A DNA stretch of 64,000 nt from contig RHPI01002533.1 of assembly GCA_009103225.1 (NCBI GenBank), positions 833,368-897,367 of the forward strand, read 5' to 3'. The stretch is from Chlorokybus atmophyticus. Its lineage: Eukaryota > Plantae > Mesostigma and Chlorokybus algae. The notes under the pieces are model-generated. The model was not told the DNA's origin. It worked only from the letters and a program-made list of their open reading frames with translations, and ran no database searches. Both the position numbers and the translations under genes were made by a program. This document shows positions 11,651-25,600 of the stretch, piece after piece; position 1 is the first letter of the stretch, and the number at the start of each line of letters is the position of its first letter.

Positions 11651-13584
11651 TCACCTTCCGACAGCTGCTAGTATTTTCTTCCGAGGCCCCTGCACACAGC
11701 CCGCTTCAGCACATGCATGTGGGAAAGCACGAGCATACGCTGCTGCAGGACAAGCACCTATGACTAAGTGTACCCACCATCGGAACGCCTAGCTCTTTCA
11801 AGTCCACGTCCTGCATTTGCCGCAATGCTGCCATGTCAATCTGCAAACAACACAGCCAAGCCAAGTTAGCCAGGAGTAAATGCTCAACATGATTGCAATG
11901 CCGATAGTGCGTACACCTCACCTCTTCTTGCTGAAAAAGGGGCAAGTACTTGCCAAGGTTGAGCACTTGTAATAGATCTGCAACACCGCGAGTTTTACTC
12001 TGGACCGCAGCTGACACGGGTGCCTGTGGCAGCAGATTACAGTGAGCAACACGGCTAGTACAGCGCCATGAAACACCGTCACAATGAGTGGCATAGTAAA
12101 CTGCCCACAATTTCAATCAATCATATCTCTGCCACAAGCTGTACCTTTTGTGTCACAGCTGCGCGTGGGGCAGCTGTCTCAACAACCGTAGCTGGACGCG
12201 TTACTGCTGTGGATGTCGGCCGAAGCGTTGAAGATGGGGCAGCTACGTCTTTTGCTGATCTAGCTGTAGCTGTAGCTGTTGTTTGCGAAGCGTCATGGCG
12301 AGCTAGCACCTGTGCTCAAGGCAATGACATCAGAATTGTTGACAACAACACTCACTGAACAGGTGAAATGCCACTGTACTGTGCATGTTATGTCCTTGCA
12401 TGCCATCAAAGACGCTGCATACTGATTACCGCAGCGGCATGCAAATGATTTTCGTGTATCTATAAACAAGCGTGACGCAACTGTTGCATATCATGACATC
12501 CAGAAGTACCTGCCGCAGGTCTCGAACACCTTTATTACCAGCAGTGGTAATTGTGCTCTGCGTTACAAGAAATCTCATGTTATCACATGCGTTAACAAAC
12601 CAACATGCAACAGCAACCTTCAACACTGCTCTCAACACCGCCTCACCCTAGTGGTTGAAGGTGCGGCGCCAGCTGCAGACCTCAGTCGTTGTCGCAAATC
12701 ATAACTCGATCTCTGCTGCTTCCCAGACCTTGTCTTTTTGACATCACGCATCTGATGATCATCATACATGTCGTGCTCCCACTTCCCGTCTGGCCCCGCA
12801 CGTGTCCTTGGCTCAGAATATGCTGCATGACAAATGCGCGTCAGATCTTCAACAGACCAGGCACCAAATTGTTGCGGAGGACAGGTGATGCACAGCTGTC
12901 ACATTATGCCATTGGATGCTCCGTTTAACCAAGCTAAGCTGAAGTAATTATGCGCCTAGCGCAGACTGCTGTTATGCTTTGTGTGTTCTGTAAGGAAGTA
13001 GCAGGACAGGACCTGCAGCTGCAGCTTGGCGAGCGGCTGCACCCTTAAAATGTGCACTAGCCTTCATGGCCGTCCCAAGCCGTTTGAATACAGCCGGTTT
13101 GCCCTTGGTGCCTTGTGACGGGCTGTCGGAATACATTCTGGAACTTGGAAGAGGTGCGCGCTGCACAAGAAACTCGTCAGCTATGGCAGAAGTTCGTGCA
13201 ATAAGTCGTTGTCCAGCGTTCCAGCTGCACAAACCCAAGCTGATCCCAAATGGACGACAACAAGACCCCCCTCCTTCACCAATGGCATCGCTGCCGGCAT
13301 GCATGGCAACCTGACAGCAGCACTCGTCATAGTGACAGGCGCATTCTCACAAAAACGCAGCCGGACCACCCCTTGTCGCTGGAGGATATTTCAACAACTA
13401 CAGCATACATCTACCACATGCCATCTCTAGAAACAGCTGATATTCACCGTAGTAGCTTCGGCCGCTCAACAGGCAAAGTGCATTGGCAGCATTGACGCAC
13501 AAAACGGCATGGAGCAACCACTCAAACCAGAACGACAACAGTGCTTACCTGTCCAGACCGTGTGCTGTTGCGCCTGGACACCAT
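11651..13584 (-). CDS. Plant-type C-terminal SAM-domain protein
   Basis: Direct: spliced C-terminus GVADLLQVLNLGKYLPLFQQEE|IDMAALRQMQDVDLKELGVPM|GPRKKILAAVGR*; upstream motifs RSGQ, AVFKRLG, DGKWEHDMY, GVRDLRQ. Start 13584 is inferred. Confidence 0.85.
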
Positions 13585-14157
13585 CACACGGTCCAACCGT
13601 CAGAGCAGCAGCAGCGGCGGCGGCGCTCGCTACTCCACGACCGCCGCACGCCTAAATCTACACCAGCAGCTTTCCCTCGCAACGACCGTTCTGCGTGCTG
13701 TGAGCAGGCGACAACGTAATTTCCTATCTTGTTGATCACTGGCTCCACGACGAAACCGACGACAACGACCAGCAGCAGCAGCAGCAGCAGCAGCACACCA
13801 CCGCAGCCGCCGCTCCCGCCAATACTGCTGCTCGGCTTTGGCAACGACAACTGCAGCAAGCGGAGGTGACGCTTGATAAACAGACCAACGCCGCACTGAA
13901 ATCTGAACGCAGTACTCGATATCTGCTAAGTGATCCGTGAAAGGCATGCAGTCATATCGTCGCGAGCATCGACATCTGCAATGGGGAACAGCAGGGCTGG
14001 GGCCGCGGCGGTTGATGCAGCCGACGTGGAAAGTGCCACTCAATCGTTGATCAAGCGACTCAACGCATTGCATCAATTGACTGCTGCGGTGATTCACATT
14101 GAAGGCCTTCTCCTTCAACTCGAGGAGTGTAATCCAGAATCTCAGACTGCTGCAGTT

Positions 14158-14165
14158 TAGGGTTT
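14158..14165. promoter_or_regulatory. Telo-box (TAGGGTTT/AAACCCTA) upstream of EAPP
   Basis: Direct: TTTAGGGTTTT about 225 bp before ATG 14387. Established plant promoter element. Confidence 0.5.
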
Positions 14166-14386
14166 TGAAGGCGTCGGCCTGCTTCTCAGTGGCAAACGTT
14201 GTGGTGTTGCTGGCTGTCGCCGCTCTGGTCTGCGGCGCCTGTGGTTGTGTGCGTGTGTCATCAGTGACCTGCTGGTTATCGCTGGGCTTGGCGTAGCGTC
14301 TGCTATTGCTCTCGTGCCAAGCGTAGCTAGCATCTGCTGGGTTGCTTGCTCACCAGCGTCCGGGGAGGGTATTCTGAGGGTCGAGC

Positions 14387-15612
14387 ATGGGGCCGACGGA
14401 GGTGGCGAAGGCCAAAACGCCGGCGTACGACTTCGACAGCGACGAGGATGATCTCGGTACGTGTGTCTTTCTCGGTGGGCACGTATGCTTGCATGCATGG
14501 TACACTACTATTGCAGTAATGGTGCTGTCTCCGTCTAGGTGATCTGTTTAGTGGTGGCGCTGACACATGCTTGGTTTTGGCATATTAATAGCAGGAGGGC
14601 TCAAATGTCGTGGTGCATAACGCGAGTCGATAGTTACCACATGCAGTAATGGTGCTGTCTCCGTCTAGGTGATCTGTTTAGTGGTGGCGCTGACACATGC
14701 TTGCTTGTGGCAATATCAATAGCAGGAGGGCTCAAATGTCGTGGTGCATAACGCGAGTCGATAGTTACCACATGCGTATGAGAATCACTGGTTACAGGCT
14801 TGAGCGGTATTGCTTGTAATTTGCATGCACGGTCTCTTTCGACAGATTACGCATATTTACTCGTTTGCGTCCTTCTAGCAATTCAGTCATCTTGCTTAGG
14901 TATTCACTACATGTGTTATTGCCTTCGCAGTCTGATGCACAGTGTGGTGCCTCAGTGCAAGATAGGGGAAGTAGGCTTGTTGATTGCATGCGTGAACGTC
15001 ACCAGCATTTTGTGCTGACATGTAAGACTTTGCTGATGTGGTATGCAGCGACTATACAGCCACTACATTGGTGGCAAGCCCAACTGCATGTCTCCATCAT
15101 TGTTGACCTGTGTGCTGTGCTTGCAGACGAGTCACCGCCGGAGTTCTATGATGCGGACTTGGATGACAAGGACGCTGCATGGATGTACAAACAGCGCGGT
15201 GGACGCTCGTCTGACGCAATACTGAGCTGCCCGTGCTGTCTTGAAACAGTCTGCTTGGACTGCCAAAGGTGCTGAAGAGATATCTATTGCTAGTTGTGCT
15301 GTTCTCCTGACCATGAGTGCGCATCATGCTGATTCGTGGCTTATACACAGGCATGAGCTCTACCACATGCAGTTTCGTGCGATGTTCGTGCGCAACGTGC
15401 AAGTGCAGGACAAGTTGATGACAACGCCCGCGCAGAGATTGTCTAAGCAACGCCAAGCATCACAAACCAGTGCTGGACAAGGACACGCACCACAACCGCA
15501 AGACAATGAGCACTATCGATCAGTTGAGTGCTCAACTTGCGGCACAGAGGTGGCTATGTTGGACAAAGACAGTGTGTACCACTTCTTCAACGTGTTCCCC
15601 ACTGGAGCGTAG
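14387..15612 (+). CDS. EAPP: E2F-associated phosphoprotein (EAPP) homologue, 3 exons
   Basis: Direct: EFYDADLDDKDAAW...SDAILSCPCCLETVCLDCQR|HELYHMQFRAMFVRNV...VECSTCGTEVAMLDKDSVYHFFNV, the Eapp_C Cys-rich signature. Confidence 0.9.
14513..14773 (+). repeat. Two-copy ~130-bp tandem duplication in EAPP intron 1 (candidate H/ACA-like snoRNA pair)
   Basis: Direct: units 14513-14642 and 14643-14773 are identical except for a few clustered changes in one ~15-nt segment. The snoRNA reading is inference. Confidence 0.9.
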
Positions 15613-16817
15613 GAGTAGCCAGCGTGCATAGAATACAACTGCTGTACATATTGAGCGTTGTCATAGATATGTGTGCAGCCTTGCTGCATGCGTTATGTTC
15701 CAGATAGTTGAAGGATAGGACTCAATGTTGCAACACCATTGTTAGCGTGTTCCATTGGCTGTGACAATTGGCTAGCCAGCGAATGGCGTGCCCAGGCACA
15801 GGTGCAGCTGCTAGCCTTGCACTAGGGACACCAGCGCGACTATCAGATGCAGTCAACCACATAGACTGCCCATCACCCCTGAACAGTAATAGGCTTGGTT
15901 CATGTGACCACACCCAATTCGAGCACAATGCACTGCAACTTGCTGCAAGCTAACCACTTCGCAGCACGAGTCGCGTGATGTGTGCGCCACGTTGGCGGCA
16001 AACGGCGTGCTGCCCGGCCGCGGCATTTGCCGCGAGTGTCGCAGCGCGCGCCACCGCTGGATGAGCAGTCACGTCAGCGAAAAGGCACGCACAAGCGCAA
16101 GCAGCACTCCGACAAGCAGGCCAGTGTTGGACGGTGGATGTGGCGGATAACTTGAGTGCAGCGGCAGCGGCGGCGGGGTCGGCGGCTGGCGCTAGCTAGG
16201 TGTTGCTGGGGTTGCTGACCTCCGCAACACAGGGCGGAGTTGAACAAGCAGAAGCGAAGGCAACCGCAAGTTCCGGCTTTTGAAGTTGCCAGAGCAGTTG
16301 CGGTGCGGCGGCTGGTGATTGCCACTGGCAAGTTGCCAATTAGCCGGCGGGACGTGTGTCTTTGCTTGTTTAACTCAGCTTCTTCGTCATGCTATAGCAG
16401 TCGCCACTGGTTTGTGCATTGTGGGCTTGCATGCGTGACAGTCACAACACTTAGTCTTGTGTCCAGTCTGTTGTGACTTAGCTAAGCGCTGAATGCAAGG
16501 TTACAAACATGTCAGCGGTTACTGTTGCCGAAACATCCCAGTCAACTATGCCCGCCATGCATTGTGGACGCATTGGATGTTGGACGCGTCCTGGCTGCCC
16601 CTAGCAAGTCGACCTTGGCAGTTGTTGGCCACCTGCATGCAGCATGTCAGCACAGGATATGTGCGCTCCATTGCTGTCAACGCTTCCAGTCTCTTTGGCG
16701 CTTATAGAAGTTCTAGTACATGGCATGTTCAGTTGCTGCAGTTGACAGCACCACACGCAGCGTCACGTTAGGCAACGACCGTCTGAACTTGTTGGCTGCT
16801 GTGTACAGCCACCAGCT

Positions 16818-19179
16818 ATGGCGGAAGAGGCGTCAAAGGAGGAGGTGACCAATGCTGCCAACAAGCAGGATGAGGTTGAGGAAACTGAGCAACCAGGCGA
16901 CAAGACGGCCACTTCTCCGACATCACCTAGGGTGTCATCTCCCTTCCACACCAACTTGAATGAGCTAGCTGACGAGAATGAGCCCCAGGCCGAAGCCAAT
17001 CCGTCCCTTGAGTGCAATTATTTTGAGGTTGCTCCCACTAAACTGTGCACTATTGCATGGGGAGTGTGTTGCATTGTCTCATTTGCTTGGTTTGATACAC
17101 GTGAAGGTTTTGGCGGTGGCACAAGTAGCGGACACACTGCTGCGTGGCTTGGCAAGTGCATCTATGGCACAAGCTGCAGGCACTCCATTCCGCGATGCAA
17201 CCAAAGTCGCCGCCGACATCATTCGTGACTTGCTTCCTTTTCTCGATCAGGTTTCACTTCGTATGACAGCATTGAATGAGAGCTAAAGCGTTGCATGACT
17301 GATTGGGAATGCTTCTTTGTGTTGACATCGCATGTCAACGCACGTGGCGCACTTTTGCAGGAAAGCGCTGCATACCGAGATCGGCAACAGGAGGAACTGG
17401 CCAAACAGGTATACTGCTTATGTTGCCGATACATATTTCAGCAGGCAAGGCACGTCAGTTGCATTTGGTGACCCATTGAACGGCTCATCCACCACCTATC
17501 ATGCTAGCACACTGAGCTGGGTGACTGTGTGCTGTTGCATATAGCTTTGATAAAGCATATGAAAGAGGAGCATTGGTGAAAGTGAGAGAGTGGGAACGTG
17601 AGAGGGGGGTGAAAGGTATCATGTGTTGAGACGATGCTACTTGGCAGCTCTCTGCTTTTGCCTCTCAGGGTCTCGAACCCGCAACCTTTGGAGATGGTGA
17701 ACTGCAGCACACTCTGCGCCTTGTGCACGAATTGCTGGACAGATTTACCAAGCGCAAGAGGTCGTTTCTGGGACGTGTCTTTTCTGGTGGTGCTGATAGC
17801 AAGGACGAGAAGCTTGAGCACCTGGTGATGGACATGGTAATGCATTGGACGCAGACATGATGTCTGCAAACGCCAACCACAACATGCAGTTGTGTGATTT
17901 AAAAACATCTTGAGGTTTTCCTCCTTAACATCCCTGTCAGGAGCGGAGCGCTATCTGGAGCATAGGCCACCGCGAGGCTCTGGCCAAGGAGTTGATCAGA
18001 CGCATGGACCTTGCTTGCGTTGAGCACTGCGGCAAGTCTTTTTCTACCGTGGACGACTTGCATGAGCACAAAGCCAACTGTCCGCTGCGCCCTGTCACCT
18101 GCGATAACAATGGTTGCGTTGAGGTGAGCACTTTGCTCCTAGAAGAGCAGGACAGTGGTAGGTGTGTGTGGCGGATGCAACCTGGTGCATGTTTGGCGTG
18201 AACAGCATTGCTGTATGTTTGGGAACTGCTGCGCTTGTAAGCACACTGGCTACCCTTTTCCTTCAATGTCATGTTGGTCCATGCACCTACAGCCCAAATT
18301 CGGTCAGCATGTTTTCTTGGTGACACACTCGGCAGTGTTCAGAACGGGGGAACCTTTAACTGCGTAGAGTACACAGGCACTTTCTTGGTGTGACATAAGT
18401 GATGATACCATGTATCATGGGCATTGCAGGTGTGCTGTGCGAGGGCATTGTCAAAGCACGACTCTGAGTGTCCATACAAGGAGCTTCCCTGCGAGCAGGG
18501 CTGCCCTGAGACGATCCCAAGAATGGACATGAATAAGCATTGCTTGACGACCTGCCCCATGAAGGTGAGCACTGCCCCGCTTTGCTGATGAGAACACCAT
18601 GCCCTCATGTTGTATGCTCATGATCAAGTTGGTCACTTGAGACGCTGTGGTGCTCATGGCACTGGTGTCTGTGGCATGACTCAATCTTTATAATAACTGT
18701 GTTTCTTGTGCAGGTCGTGCGCTGTCCATTTCAAGAGGCTGGCTGTAACCTAGAGACAGTTGTTCAGGGGTCTGTGGACAAGCACTGCAATGAGAACGTT
18801 GCACATCACCTTGCGCTGCTGAACTTGTACACGCGCGAGCAGCAGTTGGTGATTGACAAGCACAGCGAACTCTTCAACAATTTCACCAAGCAGCTGGCCA
18901 TGGTATCCGGCAACGCTGAGAGCGATCTCAAAACACTTTCCAACCAGGTTTGTAATTTTGCATGGTACTTGAATTGCAGGTTCTTGCAGCATGCTTGCTA
19001 TGTGGCAACTGCTATTCCCATGGCAGGTCAAGGACCTCACTGCCAAGGTTCAAGTGCTCGAGAAGGAGAACTCTACATTCCGCAAGGAGCTGAGCAAGAG
19101 CTCCCGAAGCGCGTTCAGTGAGGTAGCCCTCGTGCGTGAGGAGCTCAAGTCCTTGAAAGACGCGCTACGAACACGCTGA
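16818..19179 (+). CDS. Plant-type TRAF zinc-finger protein with C-terminal coiled coil
   Basis: Direct: spliced exons HCGKSFSTVDDLHEHKANCPLRPVTCDNNGC, KHDSECPYKELPCEQGCPETIPRMDMNKHCLTTCPMK|VVRCPFQEAGC (repeated TRAF-type Cys/His fingers). Confidence 0.85.
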
Positions 19180-19546
19180 CATGGTCAATGACATGGACAA
19201 ACAGTGCAGGCATTTGTTTGCGTTGTGGAAAGTTAGTGGTCGTTGCGCATATGTGAACATTGTGTTGCTAGGAGACCATTGCATTGACGTCATTGATTGC
19301 AGTGAATATCGCTTGTCATCACCCGGCTGTTAGCCTTGCTATGTGTTTAGGCCATCTCTCAGCGGGCGTGCCAAGCAGTAGTAGGACGCCATTGAAGAAA
19401 CCGTTCACTTCATGGACCGGGGTGTACGTCTTCCAGACAGCCAACAGTCTACAACAATATCAACTGGAAGTTGTGTAACAACCTATCATCAATTACGTTA
19501 CATAATAACAGCAACGACAAAAATGTTTAGACAAAACAACAGCTGA

Positions 19547-21849
19547 TCAATTACTATGCGACATGAATGTTATCTCAGGTCCAGTAGAGACGTGTGCAAC
19601 CGACTTCTCCACAGTACTTGCTACCAGGTATGCAGCCACAAGCCCATGGTATGTCTTATTTTCTGCGAGGTAGTCATTTTCGCTTGTGCTTGGACTGCTT
19701 GCAATTGGTGGCTGTATGTTCCTTTGATGTGCTGTGCTCAAAGCTGCTGACACCACCTGTTCATTAACAGAATAGTTCTGCAACACGTCAAGTCTTGCCT
19801 CAAACTCCAGTTTGAACGAACGCCATAGAGTGAAGTGGAACAGCCTCATTTGCAACAGGGACTGCAGGTGGTGCTGAGGACCATAGTTCTGCACCTGTGC
19901 ACAAACCACACTCAGCACAGATACTGTACACATGCCTGCACTTGCACTCTTTCAACATGTTTTTTGCAACGTACCTTAGCGGGTGATGCGGGGTGCGGCC
20001 AGTGCGTGAGGAATTGCGAAGGCAGAACTGCAAACTTGTAACCTCGCTTGTGCAGAGAGTATGAGAAATCGCGCGGGTCGCAAGAGTACCCGCGGAACCG
20101 CTCGTCAAAACGTGGAAGCATGTCGCTTTTGCGCACCACAAGGTATGGCTCAAAATACTCCTCATGTTCTACCGCCATAAGCGAATTGGTTTTGAACCAG
20201 CGCTCCACCTGCACAACAACACCGGAGTAAGCCCTTTGCCAACACTGACAGGTTCATCATAACTGGCAAGATGTTGGGTTATGCACCTGAGGTGCTTTGG
20301 CGCACTGTGGCAGAGAGAACGGGTATGCCTGGCCAAGGTGAAACTGGCTTTCAAGTGCTCTCTTGTTTGGAGGTGGATGAGAGTTGTTGGCAGCCACGAC
20401 TTCAAATGTGGGGACAATCAAGGCCAAACGCTGCCCACCGTTTTTCTCCTCCTCAAGGTCTCGCCGCACTTCACCGCTGGAGAGCGTCTCATGCAGCTGA
20501 GGGGATGGGATCAAGTCTGCGTCCAGAACCATGAGGACCTCCGTCCGCACCTATGTCAGGTATCAGTGATGAGGTTAAGTAACGGCGTGAAGATTTGAAT
20601 GTTGTGCAAGGAGCAGAGTATGGCAATGACAAAAAAGTGTTTTGGACAAGTACGGCTCAAGCACCAACGTTCATGGGTATGCAACCAAGCTGCATGCTTT
20701 GCAGCTTGTTTGCGTACACACTGTTAGGTATGCATGTGACGGATTGCTGGGGAGCCCTCCCTGCGTCATGCAATGGCATGAGAGGCAAATGGTGGTACCT
20801 GTTGTATGGCAATGTTGCGCAGCGCATTGGCTGGATACGCCCTGTCATGCAGTGTAAACTGAGGGTCGTGCGGGTCCAGTGCATACACAAGTGCCACGTC
20901 CATCTGGCACGCGCCATCGCTCTCCAGCCTGGCATGCATCGCTGACACCGCCTCCACCACCCGCGCCTCGTCATGATTCTCCCCCACAAACACCGCCAGA
21001 GACACCGCCCCTCCCCACGCCCTCGCCTGTACCACATGTGGATGTTTTCCTTCTGCCAGTGCATGTTGTGTCCCCTTTACATACAGACTGCATGCCACAT
21101 TGCTTACCTGCCATTCAACAACATGCAGCCTTTCCACAGTCGCCTGAGTCACGAGCGTCACTGCGTGCGCTTCAGGTTGTCGCGCGGAGGTCAAGAAGTT
21201 CAACCGTGTCTGATAGGTGATGGACTTCTCGACTGAGCAAAGTGTTTCTGGCCCATGCGCATGGCCACATGCGTCGGCCCAACTCTGCCAGTCCGCTTCG
21301 ATCAACCTCGCTGTTGTGTTATCACTCGATCGGCAGTATAGGGCTGCCAGCTCGGCACATGCGTCCAGCGTGTGGTAAGCCGGCGCCAGCTTGACTGTTG
21401 CAGAAGTGGCGCTTGCGGGGATCGGAAACGACATTTGTGATAACGGCTGAGCTTCAGCTGCTTGCATGAAGTTTTCTGCTGCATCTTCGGTGTACCGCAT
21501 CAAAGTCTGCTGGTCACCGGCTCGCAATGCCTCTTGTAACAACTCGTGGCCCCTTTGGACCAGCTGTCCTTGCTGTTCTTGACGCACATACTCCCCATTG
21601 TCTGCCATGCAACATAGTTTGGTATAAGCTAGGGCAACGCCTTTAACCTGAGCATGATGAAGGCCATGCATGCACACAGTGCTCGTGTGAAGTACATGTA
21701 GCATAATGTGCTAGCATGTGGATCAGCGTGTACATACCAGGTGTGTCTGGAAGTAGGTGTTCAGCTGAGGCTGTCAGAGCCACTGCAATAAGAAGTGCCA
21801 CAACAGACGCCACCGTCACCTTGCCAAGCTGATGGTCCTGAGCACACAT
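19547..21849 (-). CDS. GT49-family (LARGE/B4GAT1-like) glycosyltransferase, type II membrane protein
   Basis: Direct: TLVTQATVERL, WGGAVSLAVFV, YPANALRNIA, VLDADLIPS (DxD), LIVPTFEV, FEPYLVV...PRFDERFRGY, FAVLPSQFLTHWPH; N-terminal TM VTVASVVALLIAVALTA. The 5' end may extend further upstream. Confidence 0.85.
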
Positions 21850-22670
21850 TCTCGTTTTGTGTCAACCATATCCAACTTGGTGATCACCATGTACATAGCT
21901 CTACTGTGGGGACGCATCATGCTCAGCATGACACTCTGCTATGGAGTATCAAGTATGGAACTGCGGCGTAATGCTGACTAGTCAATACTAATTGAAACAA
22001 GTTCAGTACTGAAACGTGGAGAAGCTTTTGGTTGTTCTGTGGCTTCTGAACGACGTGTGCGATTTGATTAGATGCGTCAAGGCTGACACTCGCACCTGCC
22101 CTGCACAAGTGCGCCCAGGCTTTATCTTGTTGGGGATCTTGGGGGCGCTGGCTGTCAGCCTGCACATGGCTCACACACACAATGCCACCTCGCCAGGCCG
22201 GACACCAGGCTTCTCCACCAGGCCACACAGGGCAAAGCACGCACTACCAATGACACACACCTACAACTGCAACCTTTCCAACTCTCCTACCCAAGCCCAA
22301 CACACCACTGACACCTCGTCGACTTCCTGTGATCCGCACCACCGCCGCCGCTGCCGCCCTTGGGCCACGCAGCTTGCCAAGGCAGAGTTCTCCAAACCCG
22401 AGGCCACAGTCAAAGTCGTAGTATGTTCCGATGACGTAACGGAGCCTAGAAGAGCGTCACCTGCACACGCGCTCGCACCTGATTTGCTGCAACGCACGTG
22501 CGCGACGACGGTCGGTAAGTCATCGATGACGCAGTTGCCGGATCTCTTCTCTAGCCGTTCCGAATTTCAAACAGCTCTTGTCAATTCGGTTCCTTGCTGT
22601 GCGCGTGAACGCTTGACCGGCACCACCGGCATTCGACATGTGGTCATTGCGAAAAGAAGTGCACAATGTA

Positions 22671-25600
22671 GGGCAAGACCAGTATATTTCGGACACCTAA
22701 TTAAGGATAGGTTTTGTACTATGTTATACCTATCTGATGGTGTTAAGTGATAGATCATTGGATAGCCCTTGGCGCGTACTGCTTGACACCGTTAAGGGCA
22801 TATATTTAGGGTTAATATTGTGCTGTCAGCGGTAAATCAAGTAGACAGGTGTCAGCAAGTGGTCTCAAAACCCTATTTTTTTAATTTTGGACGGCTGAAA
22901 ATGGCTGCTTGTTAGCCTGCTGTGGCGGTGTGCTGGCGTCTAACAGGCCTCAGCCTGTGCTGACGTGTTGCCCTTGCCTAGTGGCGCCCGTGATGTGCCT
23001 TTCAACCTCGCTGCCATCGCCCCAGAGGCTGGTGGCAAGGTTGTTGTTGTTGTTGGTTGTCCGAACCTAGGCGAGGTGGTGGGCACCTGCTGCCTTGAGC
23101 GCCTTCCCAGTCGTCTTGTGGCGTCGAGACGCTCCGTCCGCCCGTGCGGCCTCCATCATGGTGAGTCCTAGTCGGCACCTGCTTCGTGTTGTAGTTGAAA
23201 CCCTAGGTTTGCCGTTTGCCTTGCTTGCCTGCACAGCCTTGCATGCACTCTGTGCGTGCGTGATTGTTTTTGTGTGATATGTTGGCTTGGTGTGTGTGCG
23301 CATTGTTCTGTCTTGCTGTGTGGTTGTTAGGTTGGGGGCTTGGGTTGTTGGCATTGCATCCAGGTGTGTGCATGTGTGTTTGTATTCTGCATAAGCATTG
23401 CATGCTGCATTGCAATTTAGCATGCAACTGTGCATGTGTGCCATTCTGCATTGCGATTCAGCACTGTGCATGTGTGTGGACATTGCATGCTGGTGCTGTA
23501 GTGTTGCATTGGCACAGTGTGTTGCACATATGTACATGGCCCTAGCTCTGTGGCCTCTCCAGAATGACTCTATCGAAACCCCCTAGCAGCCAGCTTGAGG
23601 TTCAGCAATAGGCGAGCAGGAGTTGCGTTTGGGGCCGCTGCATCCGCAACCATGGTTGCCTGGTGCATCTCAGATCTGGTGGGGGACAGGGACATGTAGC
23701 GGGCAGGTTGTGGACTTCCTGTGGGGCTTGGTTGTGGTGTCATGTTGTGCAGGGGGTCGTCCAGGTAGGCTGCATCCTGTACCTCCGTGTTCAAGTCGAT
23801 GAAGCAAGGCCTGGCTCCTGCAGGTGTGTTGATGTGGGTGGGCCCTGCTCTGGTTATCGCTTGTTGCTGTGCTAACAGCTTGGCCTGCTTGGCAGCCTCC
23901 TTCTCAGCCTTGGCGGCCTCCTTCTCAATCCTGGCTTGCTGCTTCTGCCAGGCCAGGGCCTCCCGCTGTGCAGCCTTCTTCACACGCTGCGCAGCTGCCA
24001 GCGCCTTCTTGCTTGCTGCTTCTGTCCTCTTCCGCGCAGTCTCCTGCTTGCGCGCCTCGCCTGATGCCTTCTTCGCTGCCAGCTCTGCCCTCTTGGCTTG
24101 CAGGGCCTTGATGTACCCTTCAGATGTAAGGCAAAGGGAGCCCTGGATTTGGGGGTTCTTGGCATTCTTCTGTTGCCACGCCGAAGGGCCAGCCTGCTGC
24201 TGCATGACTCCAAAGTTGATGTTGTTGGTGGCACCACCAGCACCTGCAACCCCCTGAGAAGGTGGGTCACTGTTGACATTGATTGTGATGGTGTTGTTGT
24301 TGTTGGTAATGTTGACATTGTTGTGGTTGGCAATGCTGGGCATCACAGGCTCTGGAGGCTGGTTCTCCTTGTCGCTGCTGCTGTCATCATCCTCTGTGGC
24401 ATCAGAGTCGCCCTCCTCATTAGATGGCACAGGTACTCCTTGCCCATCCAACACTTGGCCTCCGAACTCGTGCTGCACTTGTGCATGAGCCAGGTCTGGG
24501 GTGACTTCATCCGCTGTTGGTTTGGGCAGCTGTGGCAACTTGTCGTCCAATGCATGTACATTAACAGGCCAGATCCCTGTCACAAGGACAAGGTATGTTT
24601 ACCACACTGTGTCTCCTGCAATTAGGTCAGCAATTAGGCCTAGGCATGCATGGGTGCTGTACCTGTCTTTTTGAACCCGCTCGTGATGTTGGCAGGTGTC
24701 ATGGCTAGGTAAAAGGGCTTTGCTGTCAGCTCCACGAACTTCAGCTTGGTGATGGGGCAAGTGGGGTCTTCAACTCTCCACTCTAGGAACTCCTTTGTGT
24801 AGTGCGCCTTCAGCGACTTAAAGCAGCTCACATCCAGCACCTAAGTGTACATGGTATGTGTACATCAGCATTTGCATCTTAGCCAGCATGCATGCAAACA
24901 TGCGCATCACACCTGCATCAGGTGTGTCATATGGGCAGGGAATGTTAGCATAGTGACACCGTTGGCCCGTGCCTTCTCCAGGAGCTCAGGATTCATACGA
25001 GAGGAATGGCCGTCAAGCAACAGAAGAACAGGCCTGTCAGGGCTGGCGCCACAAGGTATGTGGTTCAAGAATTGCTTAAACCAGTCAGCAAACAGGTCCA
25101 ACGTCATATATGCATTTTCCTGCATGCGCATGAAGGACCCATATGGGGCAGCCTGCACATAGTTCTCTGTGAAGCGTGACCCTTTTAGGATGTACATTGG
25201 AGGCATAAAGGTGCCAGCAGCGCTGACGCATGCCATCACGCTCATATGTTCTCGGCTGCCAGCTTGGTTGTAGTATGGGTTTTTGTACCCCTTCTTGCAT
25301 ATCACTTTCACAGTTCCTGTCATTCACAACATTGTTAGCAACTTGCAGATGGCCTCTAACAGCAACTTGTGTGCATGTGTGAGCGCAGGTACATACCAAC
25401 ATTGTCTGGCTCAAAGCCAGTTTCGTCCGCATTGAAAATACGTGTGGGATCGTCAATGCCAAGCTCCTCCAGAGTCTTTGTGTACAGGTCAAAGAAGCCC
25501 TCCACATTCTCCCTGGTGCACGCCTGCCACCTGCTCCGATCAAGACCCTCAGCTACTCTTGAGGCCAACTGGTGGCGTGTCATGAGCAACCGCAACCACT

